From Promethearchaeota archaeon (lineage in GTDB: Archaea > Asgardarchaeota > Lokiarchaeia > Sigyniarchaeales > SOKP01), in assembly GCA_019058445.1 (NCBI GenBank), contig JAHPZA010000009.1, positions 64,001 through 128,000 on the forward strand: a DNA stretch of 64,000 nt, given 5' to 3'. The notes under the pieces are model-generated. The model ran no database searches. It was not told the DNA's origin and saw nothing but the letters and a program-made list of their open reading frames with translations. Made by a program: the position numbers and the translations under genes. The first letter of the stretch is position 1. Each line of letters begins with the position of its first letter. Below, in pieces: positions 39,883-49,241 of the stretch.

Positions 39883-40797
39883 TTATAAGCCTCGTAAATA
39901 GTCGGGTCGACGCACATTTGGATTTTTAATAGCTAGCTCAATTCTTTTAAGAAATTCTTTTTTATCTTTTGCTAAGCTTCCTTTTAAATTCAAATAATTT
40001 GAGGCATGGTTTGTGTTAAATATACAATTTTGCAAATCATCAGAGGTGTACTCTATCATTGTATATAATTCTTCTAAAATCTGAGTACTAGAGCACGGTT
40101 GGAATTCTCCTTTTGATTTTTGCGTCCATAACTCGGTTCCCGGAGTTACCCTTAAAGTTAAAGGTGAAATATACCACTTAATGGGTGTTGGGGGGGCCAT
40201 TCTATTAATTAATTTAGCAGATTCAATCGCATGTTTTTTACTTTTTTCAGGATTGTTTCCCGCAAGTCCCAAAAGAAAAATACCTGACCATGCTATTCCT
40301 GCTTTGTGACATTTTTGAGCCGCAAGAGTAATCTCATCTTGATTAGTACCTTTATGACACGCTTCAAGAACCTCATCATCCCCACTTTCAATACCCACGT
40401 ATACCATTGTAAATCCGCTTTCTGCCAGTCTTTTCAAATCCTCATCAGATTTGCTGACAATGTCTTTAGCATGAGCATATGCACTCACCTTTTTGAGATT
40501 TGGAAGAATTTTATAACAATATTTGGTTAAATCAATAAGAATCTCAGGTTTTACTACAAAAGCGTTTCCATCTTCGAAAAATACTTTGCGTACTTGATTT
40601 CCATAAAAATTCGCTGCTATTTTTATATCTTGTTTGATTTCTTCAATATCTTTACGAACAGAGAATTTTTTAGTTCTATACATAGCACAGAATGTACATT
40701 TGCGAGTACATCCATTTGTTACTGCTATTAATAACGCATTCCACTCAGAAGGAGGTCTAAATACTGGATCAGTTAAATTTCCCACAACGTAATTCAT
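39883..40797 (-). CDS. radical SAM protein (FRPPSE N-terminal subgroup)
   Basis: CTRKCTFC; FRPPSE, YVGIESG, NHASNY. Confidence 0.9.
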   Translation of the reverse strand: MNYVVGNLTDPVFRPPSEWNALLIAVTNGCTRKCTFCAMYRTKKFSVRKDIEEIKQDIKIAANFYGNQVRKVFFEDGNAFVVKPEILIDLTKYCYKILPNLKKVSAYAHAKDIVSKSDEDLKRLAESGFTMVYVGIESGDDEVLEACHKGTNQDEITLAAQKCHKAGIAWSGIFLLGLAGNNPEKSKKHAIESAKLINRMAPPTPIKWYISPLTLRVTPGTELWTQKSKGEFQPCSSTQILEELYTMIEYTSDDLQNCIFNTNHASNYLNLKGSLAKDKKEFLKRIELAIKNPNVRRPDYLRGL

Positions 40798-40928
40798 GAT
40801 AGTTTTAATTCTTATCGTGATTTTTTTAAACTTTTACCTTTATAAAAAACTAAATGTGTGATAATTTCTCATTTTTTACCCTTTAAGGATAATAAAATTT
40901 AGGTTTTTTTTGAAAAAGAGACAAAATT

Positions 40929-41294
40929 TTATTTCATAAAATTAATCGTAACTTTTTCTAAATTAAGTTTCCAAACTTTCTCAGGAGCTCTACCCGACTC
41001 GCTTGGTCTATATTCTTCCAAATCGATAATTCCAACAGAATTTAATTCCCTTAAATGATAATAAAGTTTAGCTTTATGTTTTTTCAAATCTTTAGGATGT
41101 CCAGCTTCACATTGACCTTCACATATATTATCGTTTGAATGATCTTTAGTTTCAATAATCTTTTGAAAAATTTCATCAGAACTTTTTGGTCCGCTCTTTA
41201 GGACTTCAATGATATCCCATCGAATAGGACAATGCAACACTCGCATAACATCTTTAAAGGACTCTATGTCTGATATCTTAAATTCTTTAGTCAT
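40929..41294 (-). CDS. ArsR-like winged-helix regulator with Cys/His insertion
   Basis: LHCPIRWDII, LYYHLREL..GII, GRAPEKVW. Confidence 0.85.
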   Translation of the reverse strand: MTKEFKISDIESFKDVMRVLHCPIRWDIIEVLKSGPKSSDEIFQKIIETKDHSNDNICEGQCEAGHPKDLKKHKAKLYYHLRELNSVGIIDLEEYRPSESGRAPEKVWKLNLEKVTINFMK

Positions 41295-41529
41295 ATTTTT
41301 TTCGTATTATAAGTCTTTTTTCTTATTATTTAATAAAGAATCAAAATATTTATATATTAGGTAATAATTGTTAAATATAATACTTTATTATTTCAATCTA
41401 TGGTCAAACTAATGAAAAATGTAAAAATGAAACTTGAATGTATGAAATTCAGAGATTTCTTTTTTTCATTAGTCTTCAAAAATAATGATAAAATTTTAAA
41501 AAAAAATTAAAAAAAAACGAGGTAATAAA

Positions 41530-41688
41530 ATGAAATTAAAAGAAGTTGAAGAATGTGATTGTACAAAACCAGAAATAAAGGAGAAGTTCCCAACTGGCTG
41601 TTCTTTGAACCAAATAATAAAATGTCATGGAGATCAACCTATTGGAGAACTTTTGAAACATTTTGAGTTAGAAAAAGAAGAAGAATAA
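41530..41688 (+). CDS. small Cys/His protein (52 aa), not in ORF track
   Basis: MKLKEVEECDCTKPEIKEKFPTGCSLNQIIKCHGDQPIGELLKHFELEKEEE*; SD GAGGTAAT; T-tract after stop. Confidence 0.8.
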   Translation: MKLKEVEECDCTKPEIKEKFPTGCSLNQIIKCHGDQPIGELLKHFELEKEEE

Positions 41689-41728
41689 TTCAAAACTAAA
41701 TTTTTTTTTTTAATTATTAATAAAAGAG

Positions 41729-42736
41729 ATGATGAAAATAGAAGCTATTGAAGTAAAGAATTTATCTAAACATTTCTTTCCGTCAATGAAGGAGAGAAAA
41801 AGAATAAGAATGCAACAAGAAGGATCAGAAAAAGGTACTAAGAATAACATAATTCAAGCTGTTAACAACATCAACTTCAGTGTAAAACAGGGTGAAATTT
41901 TCGGTTTTTTGGGTCCAAATGGTGCTGGAAAGACGACGACCATTCGGATGTTAACTGGAGTGCTCAAGCCTACTAATGGGAGTATTTCTATTTATGGGGG
42001 AAACATTTGGAAACATCCAATTGAGGTGAAACAAATATTAGGACATGTTCCTGAGGAGGCAAATGTCTATATGGATCTTACAGGAATGCAAAATCTATAT
42101 CTAATTGGCAAACTTTATGGACTTTCGAAAAGCGAACGTGTTAATCGAGCTGAACAATTATTAAAACAGTTTGAATTGTTCGAAAAAGGGAATTTAAAAG
42201 CCAAGAAATATTCCAAGGGAATGAAACAAAGATTATTGCTATGTATGGCGCTTATGAGTAATCCCAAAATTTTATTTCTTGATGAGCCAACATCGGGTTT
42301 AGATGTTAAATCAAGTAGAATAATCAAGAAATTGATAAAAGAATATAATGAGAATGGAATGACCATTTTTATAACGACTCATGACATGGATGTAGCAAAT
42401 GAACTGTGTCATCGAATTGCCATTATTAATCAAGGAAAAATTATTAGTCTGGATACTCCCGATAATCTTAAAAAATTGACTCAAGAATATCTGGCTATCG
42501 ACTGTCATTTTATTGATACTGTCAATGTGAATGAAATTAAAGAATTGCATAGCATAATTGAAGTCCAACAAAACAATAGCCTATATCATATAATTGTGAA
42601 AGATATCAATGTGGCATTAATCGAACTCGTAGATTTTATCAAAACCAATGATTTGAATGTGAAGCAAGTATCTACAAATGAACCAAAATTAGAGGATGCA
42701 TTTTTAAAAATAATAGAAAGAGGTGTTGAGAATTAG
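41729..42736 (+). CDS. ABC-2 exporter ATP-binding subunit (DrrA-like), copy 1
   Basis: GPNGAGKT, YSKGMKQR, LFLDEPT, TTH. Confidence 0.95.
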   Translation: MMKIEAIEVKNLSKHFFPSMKERKRIRMQQEGSEKGTKNNIIQAVNNINFSVKQGEIFGFLGPNGAGKTTTIRMLTGVLKPTNGSISIYGGNIWKHPIEVKQILGHVPEEANVYMDLTGMQNLYLIGKLYGLSKSERVNRAEQLLKQFELFEKGNLKAKKYSKGMKQRLLLCMALMSNPKILFLDEPTSGLDVKSSRIIKKLIKEYNENGMTIFITTHDMDVANELCHRIAIINQGKIISLDTPDNLKKLTQEYLAIDCHFIDTVNVNEIKELHSIIEVQQNNSLYHIIVKDINVALIELVDFIKTNDLNVKQVSTNEPKLEDAFLKIIERGVEN

Positions 42737-43520
42737 TAAAGAAGTATTTGGTGTAAAAGGCTCAAAAAAATTAGGCTTAACTGTCCAATTAAGAAGGGCA
42801 GCTGCAATTGCTCAAAAAGATTTAAGGATTTACTATAATAAACCCCCGGTAATAGTTCAAGGTATAATTTTTCCAGTAATACTTTTTTTTACATTCACGA
42901 TCGGAAGAAAGATCCCTACGCCGCTATTAATCTCAGGATTAATGGCAATGGTAATTTTCTTAACTGCCACATCTATAGGTCCATTTGTTTTTCCATGGGA
43001 AACTATGCGAAAAACATTTGAACGTTTAATTACTTGCCCAGTTTCAGTAAAAACAATATTATTTGGGAGTATGTTAAGTTCCTTCTTATTTGGAGTTATT
43101 TTTTCTCTGGTGCCTCTCGTCTTAGGGATAATATTTTTTTCACTCCAGATAACTATAAATTTCCTTATAATACTTATAGCCATGTTTCTCGCAGCTTTTG
43201 TGTTTTCAAGTTTCAGCCTTATTTTATCTGCCCCGCCCACGGATATGCCTGGAAATATCATGATTTTTACACTTCTTCTAAAGTTTACAATATTATTCTT
43301 AAGTCCGCTGTTTATGCCAATAAGAGATCACCCTCTAGCATGGATTTCTCCACTTACATATTTCGTAGATATCGTGAACGTTAGTTTGGGACTTGAAAGT
43401 GCTTTCGGACATTACGGAATTCTTATCGATTTTGCAATTCTAAGCTTTTTCGGAGTTTTCTTTTTATTTCTGGCTTTTATGTTGCATAAAAAAACGCTAC
43501 AGAAGAGATTTCGAAATTAA
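42723..43520 (+). CDS. ABC-2 permease, copy 1 (start uncertain: GTG 42723 or ATT 42732)
   Basis: 6 TMs, ERLITCP, SPLTY. Confidence 0.9.
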   Translation: MLRISKEVFGVKGSKKLGLTVQLRRAAAIAQKDLRIYYNKPPVIVQGIIFPVILFFTFTIGRKIPTPLLISGLMAMVIFLTATSIGPFVFPWETMRKTFERLITCPVSVKTILFGSMLSSFLFGVIFSLVPLVLGIIFFSLQITINFLIILIAMFLAAFVFSSFSLILSAPPTDMPGNIMIFTLLLKFTILFLSPLFMPIRDHPLAWISPLTYFVDIVNVSLGLESAFGHYGILIDFAILSFFGVFFLFLAFMLHKKTLQKRFRN

Positions 43521-43664
43521 TCTAAATAATTATCTAATCATATTTTATTTTTTATATTATAACCAAAAAAGAAAAATCTTTCATAAATAGGAAAAAAAGA
43601 ATAAATCAATTATAAATTAAAAGGAATACTTCATATTTTTTATTAAGATGGAGATTTGATTAAA

Positions 43665-44669
43665 ATGAATGCAATTGTTGTTAGGAATTTAACTAAATAT
43701 TTTACTCCCTCCAAAAAGGAGAAAAAAAAAGGAAGAGCTAGGAATCCATCATTAGAATCAAGAAAACAAGGGAATAATAGTATTATTCGCGCTGTAGATC
43801 ATATTGATTTTGAAGTAAAAAATGGTGAGATTTTTGGCTTTTTAGGTCCAAATGGTGCTGGAAAGACCACCACTATACGTATGCTGACCGGAATTTTAAA
43901 ACCAACAAATGGAGAGATTTTAATATTTGGGCAAAACTTTTGGAATAATCCTATTAAAGCAAAACAGATTATGGGACATGTTCCCGAAGAAGCAAACGTC
44001 TATATGGATCTTACGGGTTTAGAAAATTTATCATTTATAGGAGAATTATATGGTATATCCAAAAAAGAACGTATTAGTCGAGCCGAGCAATTACTAAAGA
44101 AGTTTGAACTGTTTGAGAAGCGTCATCTCAAGTCTAAGAAATATTCAAAAGGCATGAAACAGCGACTCTTATTATGTATGGCATTAATGAGCAATCCTAA
44201 AATTTTATTTCTTGATGAGCCAACATCGGGTTTAGATGTTCAAAGTAGTATTATTATCAAGAAGTTGATTAAAGATTATAATAAAAACGGGATGACTATT
44301 TTCATGACGACGCATGATATGGACGTTGCAAATGAGATGTGTGATCGCATTGCAATAATTAACAGAGGGAAATTAATTGGATTAGATACCCCTGAAAATT
44401 TAAAAAAATTAAAACAAGAATATCAAGCAGTTGATTTTTATTTCACTAAAGAGGCAAAAGAGAGTGAATTAGAAAACTTGAGTTCTGTGAAGGAAGTTAG
44501 AAAGATAAGGGACTATTATCATATTATTGTTCATGACTTAAACGATGGGATTTGCGAAATAATAGAGTATATAAAATCCAAAAATCTAAAAGTTAAGAAA
44601 ATAAACACTTACGAACCTCATTTAGAGGAGGTATTCTTAAAAATGGTTAATGGAGGCGATGATTATTAA
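43665..44669 (+). CDS. ABC-2 exporter ATP-binding subunit, copy 2
   Basis: Same Walker and signature motifs as copy 1. Confidence 0.95.
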   Translation: MNAIVVRNLTKYFTPSKKEKKKGRARNPSLESRKQGNNSIIRAVDHIDFEVKNGEIFGFLGPNGAGKTTTIRMLTGILKPTNGEILIFGQNFWNNPIKAKQIMGHVPEEANVYMDLTGLENLSFIGELYGISKKERISRAEQLLKKFELFEKRHLKSKKYSKGMKQRLLLCMALMSNPKILFLDEPTSGLDVQSSIIIKKLIKDYNKNGMTIFMTTHDMDVANEMCDRIAIINRGKLIGLDTPENLKKLKQEYQAVDFYFTKEAKESELENLSSVKEVRKIRDYYHIIVHDLNDGICEIIEYIKSKNLKVKKINTYEPHLEEVFLKMVNGGDDY

Positions 44670-45456
44670 AGATAATGAAGAAATATTTTCTGAAGAGTTA
44701 AAATCTGAAAGATTTTTTATTCAAGTAAAAAGGTCATTCGCAATCGCTAAGAAAGATTTAAAAATCTACTATAATAAAGGTCCTGTAGTGATACAAGGCT
44801 TTCTTTTTCCACTTATCTTATTCTTTGCCTTTACTGTAGGCAGAAACATTATCCCAATATATTTAATTTCAGGATTAATGGCCATGGTCATGTTCATGAC
44901 ATCAACATCTATTGGTCCTGTGGTTTTTCCTTGGGAAACACGATCGAAAACGTTAGAAAGATTAATTGCTTGTCCAATCTCAATTAAAACAATCTTATTA
45001 GGAAATATTTGGAGTTCATTCATTTTTGGCTGTGTATTTTCGATAGTTCCTTTATTGTTAGGCATACTTTTCTTTGGACTATGGGCTTCAATAAATATTC
45101 TAATTATAATATTAGGGATTATTGTAGCATCCTTAGCATTCTCAAGTTTTAGTCTTATACTTTCAGTTCCACCGACAGATATGCCTGCTAATACTATGAT
45201 TTTAACAATATTGATAAAATTTCCGATACTACTTCTAACTCCTATCTTTATGCCTATACATGCAGCGCCTTATGGGATTGTCTCTCCACTCACATATTAT
45301 ACTGATATCATTAACGTTGGATTAGGTGAAAGTAGTGCTTTTGGCCCTCATGGTCTTTTGCTTGACTTTTGCATTTTAATACTTTTTGGACTTGGTTTTA
45401 CCTTTTTAGCTTTCGTTTTGCATGGAAAGACGCTTCAAAAAAGATTTCGAGGCTAA
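44650..45456 (+). CDS. ABC-2 permease, copy 2
   Basis: Paralog of 42723-43520 (KDL.IYYNK, FPWET, PPTDMP, KTLQKRFR). Confidence 0.9.
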   Translation: MEAMIIKDNEEIFSEELKSERFFIQVKRSFAIAKKDLKIYYNKGPVVIQGFLFPLILFFAFTVGRNIIPIYLISGLMAMVMFMTSTSIGPVVFPWETRSKTLERLIACPISIKTILLGNIWSSFIFGCVFSIVPLLLGILFFGLWASINILIIILGIIVASLAFSSFSLILSVPPTDMPANTMILTILIKFPILLLTPIFMPIHAAPYGIVSPLTYYTDIINVGLGESSAFGPHGLLLDFCILILFGLGFTFLAFVLHGKTLQKRFRG

Positions 45457-45600
45457 TTGATATTTACCTTTTTTACTTTTTTTTTTAATGAATTTTATAG
45501 TTTTCTAGGCATACCTAAATAATCAAAATAATTAATCAATATTAATGGTATTCTTTGAAAAAGAAAGGAAATTTCGAATTATTTCGTTATATTTTTAAGA

Positions 45601-45696
45601 TTTTATGTATGTAATATAAGTTTTATGTATGAAAATTGCATAATATTTAAAAATTAATTTTCATACTATCTAATTAGTCTTACCTAATAAGGCTAA
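45601..45696. repeat. intergenic direct and inverted repeat cluster
   Basis: TTTTATGTATG x2 (45601, 45621); perfect 11-bp IR GTATGAAAATT/AATTTTCATAC (45627-37, 45656-66); hairpin TTAGTCTTA/TAAGGCTAA (45674-96). Confidence 0.55.
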
Positions 45697-45825
45697 AAGA
45701 ATAATGGATTAAATATTCAATTAAGAATAAACTTCCAAATATATTATTTTATTTGAAGAACTTATAATAAATTTAAATAGAAACTAATGAATAAAACAAA
45801 AATATAAAATTTAGGTTAAAAAAAG

Positions 45826-46440
45826 ATGATTGAATTAAGTTTTATAAAAATATATCTAATAAGCGTAATTATTGTACATTTAATTTCATTTATAGCACCT
45901 TTAATCATAATTAGGAAGAAAGGAAACGATCCACATGGTATTCATCAGGGAAATTCAATCTTAGCAAGATTAACTCCAGTTTCATATTTTTTGTTAATAA
46001 TTTTCCTTGTGTTATATATATTTTTTGACACTATAATAGAGGGATTCCGGACATTTCAATGGTTAGCCATTGATAGCATATCGATAATTGGAATTATTAT
46101 GGTTGCCATTGGGTCTTTCATTGAAATAGTTGCCACTATAAGGCTCGGTATTAACTTTAGAATTGAGCTTCCAAAAGAGCAAACAGAGTTGGTTGTCAGT
46201 GGAATATATAGACTTATGAGAAATCCCATAGCTTTCTCTCTTTATTTATTCGTATTTGGAATTTTTCTCATGATTCCAAATCTAATCACATTAATAATAT
46301 TCATAATGAATATCATAACTTTTAATGCTAAAATTAGAAATGAAGAAAAATTTCTGTCAGAGAGATTTGGGAAGGATTATGAAGCATATAAAATGAAAGT
46401 TGGGCGATATTTTCCTATTAAGGTTAAGAACAGGAAATAA
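45826..46440 (+). CDS. isoprenylcysteine carboxyl methyltransferase / PEMT family membrane protein
   Basis: LVVSGIYRLMRNP, EEKFL..RFG..Y..Y. Confidence 0.88.
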   Translation: MIELSFIKIYLISVIIVHLISFIAPLIIIRKKGNDPHGIHQGNSILARLTPVSYFLLIIFLVLYIFFDTIIEGFRTFQWLAIDSISIIGIIMVAIGSFIEIVATIRLGINFRIELPKEQTELVVSGIYRLMRNPIAFSLYLFVFGIFLMIPNLITLIIFIMNIITFNAKIRNEEKFLSERFGKDYEAYKMKVGRYFPIKVKNRK

Positions 46441-46464
46441 ACAAAGAATGAGGATTTAATTTTA

Positions 46465-47103
46465 ATGAAAATCTTAGCTATTATTGGGAGTCCTCGGAAA
46501 AATGGGACAGTAAGTAAGCTTGCACAGAATATTTTAGATGCAGCTCAAGTCAATGGTCATATAACTGAATTAATTAATCTATATGATTATGAAATAAAAC
46601 CATGTATAGGAGATTGGGCATGTGTTAAATTAGGCAAATGTCATATTCAAGACGATTTTGAAATAATTTTTCATAAATTATACGAGGCCGACATAGTAAT
46701 TTTGGGGAGTCCTGTTTATTGGGCAAATATTTCAGGTGTTATGAAAAATTTTATTGACCGCCACACAGGGTATGCTATGTTTAAACCCCCTAATGCACAA
46801 AATTTTTACAAACTTTCAAGATGGCAAAAGCTAAAAACAATTTTAAGACTAATGAAGGAATTTGGACCATTTGATCCTCGGTTTAAAGAAAAAAAATATA
46901 TTCTAATAACAGCAGCAACTGTTCCATTTAAAAGAATTATGGGAGAAGTATCTCCAACAATCAATGCAATGAGGAAATATGTAAAAAAACTTAAGGGAAA
47001 AATCATTAGTACCTTGATATACACCGATACACTTTTTAGATTTAAAAAAAATAAAGAAAAGATTATGTTAAATAAAGCCTACAGTCTCGGAAGAAAGCTT
47101 TAA
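46465..47103 (+). CDS. flavodoxin-like / iron-sulfur flavoprotein family
   Basis: GSPRKNG, CIGDWACx5C, GSPVYW, MKNFIDR. Confidence 0.88.
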   Translation: MKILAIIGSPRKNGTVSKLAQNILDAAQVNGHITELINLYDYEIKPCIGDWACVKLGKCHIQDDFEIIFHKLYEADIVILGSPVYWANISGVMKNFIDRHTGYAMFKPPNAQNFYKLSRWQKLKTILRLMKEFGPFDPRFKEKKYILITAATVPFKRIMGEVSPTINAMRKYVKKLKGKIISTLIYTDTLFRFKKNKEKIMLNKAYSLGRKL

Positions 47104-47145
47104 GGTTTTTTTAATAATTAAAAATTGAGAATTTGGTGATCTTAA

Positions 47146-47925
47146 ATTTTCAAGCAAAAGACTGCACAAAAAGTTGATTACGGAAATTGGGTGCCTAAGA
47201 ATCTATTAGGATTTCTATTATTATTGTCTATAATTCCGGCATTGATTACGCTATTTCCTTTGATATTAATAATAGAGATAATTTTATGGGTTCTTGCTGG
47301 CTTATTTTTTTTATTATTTCTTTTCATACTTTATGTTTATTTTGTTTTTGCTAAAAATGATAATAAACTACAAAATCTTTTGTGGGATATCGTTTTGGAA
47401 AAATTATCTTGGAAAGGAAATGGGAAAGTTATTGATATTGGAACTGGAGCTGGAGCAATTGCTATAAAATTAGCGAAAAGATTTCCTAACTCTGAAGTAT
47501 GGGGGGTTGATAATTGGGGAAAGGGATGGAATTATTCTAAAAATTTATGTGAGAAAAATGCCAGCATAGAAGGAGTATCAGATAATGCTATTTTTCAAAA
47601 AGCTAGTGCGTCTAATCTTCCTTTTAAAGACAATGAATTTGACGCGATTGTTAGTAATTTTGTATATCATGAAGTGGGCGATGTTAAGGAGAAAACAGAT
47701 GCAATTGAGGAATCCTTAAGAATTCTTAAAAAGGATGGTAAATTTGCGCTTCAGGATTTGTTTTTACATGAAAAAAAATTTGGTAAATTTAAAAATTTGA
47801 CTAGTAAATTTAAAGAATGGGGCGTAAGAGAAATTAATTCATTTAACCCTTTAGTTGAAATTAAAATGAATTGGATTTTACGCCTTATGTTTAGAAATAG
47901 CTTAATATTATATGGTAAAAAATAA
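47146..47925 (+). CDS. membrane-anchored class I SAM methyltransferase; probable ATT start
   Basis: IDIGTGAG, GVDNW, LPF..NEFD.IVSN.VYHEV; frame extends upstream through DYGNW to ATT 47146 behind GGTGAT+5 nt. Confidence 0.88.
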   Translation: MFKQKTAQKVDYGNWVPKNLLGFLLLLSIIPALITLFPLILIIEIILWVLAGLFFLLFLFILYVYFVFAKNDNKLQNLLWDIVLEKLSWKGNGKVIDIGTGAGAIAIKLAKRFPNSEVWGVDNWGKGWNYSKNLCEKNASIEGVSDNAIFQKASASNLPFKDNEFDAIVSNFVYHEVGDVKEKTDAIEESLRILKKDGKFALQDLFLHEKKFGKFKNLTSKFKEWGVREINSFNPLVEIKMNWILRLMFRNSLILYGKK

Positions 47926-47942
47926 TTCTAATAGAAGAGATT

Positions 47943-48341
47943 ATGGTTTCTGAGCGAATATGGAAAACAATATGGTTAATTTTAGGGATTACTTTTATGT
48001 TTATATCAATTTTTATGCTATTTTTTGGACCCTTGCTTGCTTCAATAGCAGGAACAAAGCCCTTTTCAGATCGTGCTCGAGCAATGATAAGTTTCTTCTG
48101 GATTTGGATGTTTATATATAATGGATTAGGATATATTCTCCTTTATAGGGATATTGAAAAATATAAAATTTTATTAATCTTGGCCATTCCAGCTGGAGTT
48201 CTATTCACAATCCTTCAAATATTTTACATTCTTATGGGATATTTTGAATTTGTTTTATCTGAAGTAATTTGGGCAACAAGTTCCTTAATATGGTCAATAA
48301 TATCTATTCTATATTTTGTTGATAAAAAAAAGAATTCTTAA
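47943..48341 (+). CDS. 4-TM hypothetical membrane protein
   Basis: Four hydrophobic segments; in operon context. Confidence 0.75.
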   Translation: MVSERIWKTIWLILGITFMFISIFMLFFGPLLASIAGTKPFSDRARAMISFFWIWMFIYNGLGYILLYRDIEKYKILLILAIPAGVLFTILQIFYILMGYFEFVLSEVIWATSSLIWSIISILYFVDKKKNS

Positions 48342-48555
48342 TGGTATTAATGATAATGATTGACTTAGTAGATCCCTTAACTAAAGAATTTTATAAGAAA
48401 GAAGGCATATACGAATTAAATTTGGAATGTAGCAATAATTCCTAATAAAAACATGCATCTATGATAAATAAAAATTGGACTACTCAACATTAATAAGAAA
48501 CGGAATGATAAAAATTAATGACACAACATATTTACTAAAATATGGTGAATAATAG

Positions 48556-49059
48556 TTGGAAACTCAAAAGATGTCTGCACATGAGAGAGAAGTACCACAT
48601 TCTCATTTAATCCAAGGACTTTCTCCTGTGATTTTTCTGATAATTTGGATTTTGGATTCGGATGTTTTATTCCTATCGGTTTATTTTAATACCCTTATCC
48701 CTTACCTTGTACGGCTAGTATTATTTTTATGTTCATTAATTTTTGCGTTACTTCTGATTTTCTTATCTCATCGAACTCTCTTCAATAAAAATAAACCATC
48801 TGACACGTTAATAACCAACGGAATTTTAAAATACGTCAGAAATCCTCTTTATCTGGGCGTTTTATTGATATATATTGCTTTTCTCTTTTATTCAATTTCG
48901 TTGATTTCGATTGCTGCTTTTATAGTAATTTTTTTAATATATAATCGAATGGTAAATTATGAAGAAAGAATACTTGAGAACCTATTTGGTGAAGATTATT
49001 TGGAATATAGAAATTCAGTCTCAAAGTGGATTCCTAATCCTTTTAAAAAATCCAATTAG
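48556..49059 (+). CDS. isoprenylcysteine carboxyl methyltransferase / PEMT family membrane protein
   Basis: LITNGILKYVRNPLYLG, EERIL..LFG..Y..Y; GGTGAA+6 nt+TTG. Confidence 0.88.
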   Translation: METQKMSAHEREVPHSHLIQGLSPVIFLIIWILDSDVLFLSVYFNTLIPYLVRLVLFLCSLIFALLLIFLSHRTLFNKNKPSDTLITNGILKYVRNPLYLGVLLIYIAFLFYSISLISIAAFIVIFLIYNRMVNYEERILENLFGEDYLEYRNSVSKWIPNPFKKSN

Positions 49060-49241
49060 GATAAAAACAAAAAAAATTAAATCTTTTTTTTAATACTTAA
49101 TTTCTTTAGCTTAAGAGTACTATTATTTCTTAAATATTTAAATAAAATAAGAAATATGATTAAAAAATATAATAAACAGAAAAGATTTATAAACCAACTT
49201 AACAATTTTTATAAATATTAAATACAATGAGGTCTCTTTAA

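Noticed and set aside
48341-48445. 34-aa ORF MVLMIMIDLVDPLTKEFYKKEG...
   Set aside because: No motif or homology support; possibly a gene remnant
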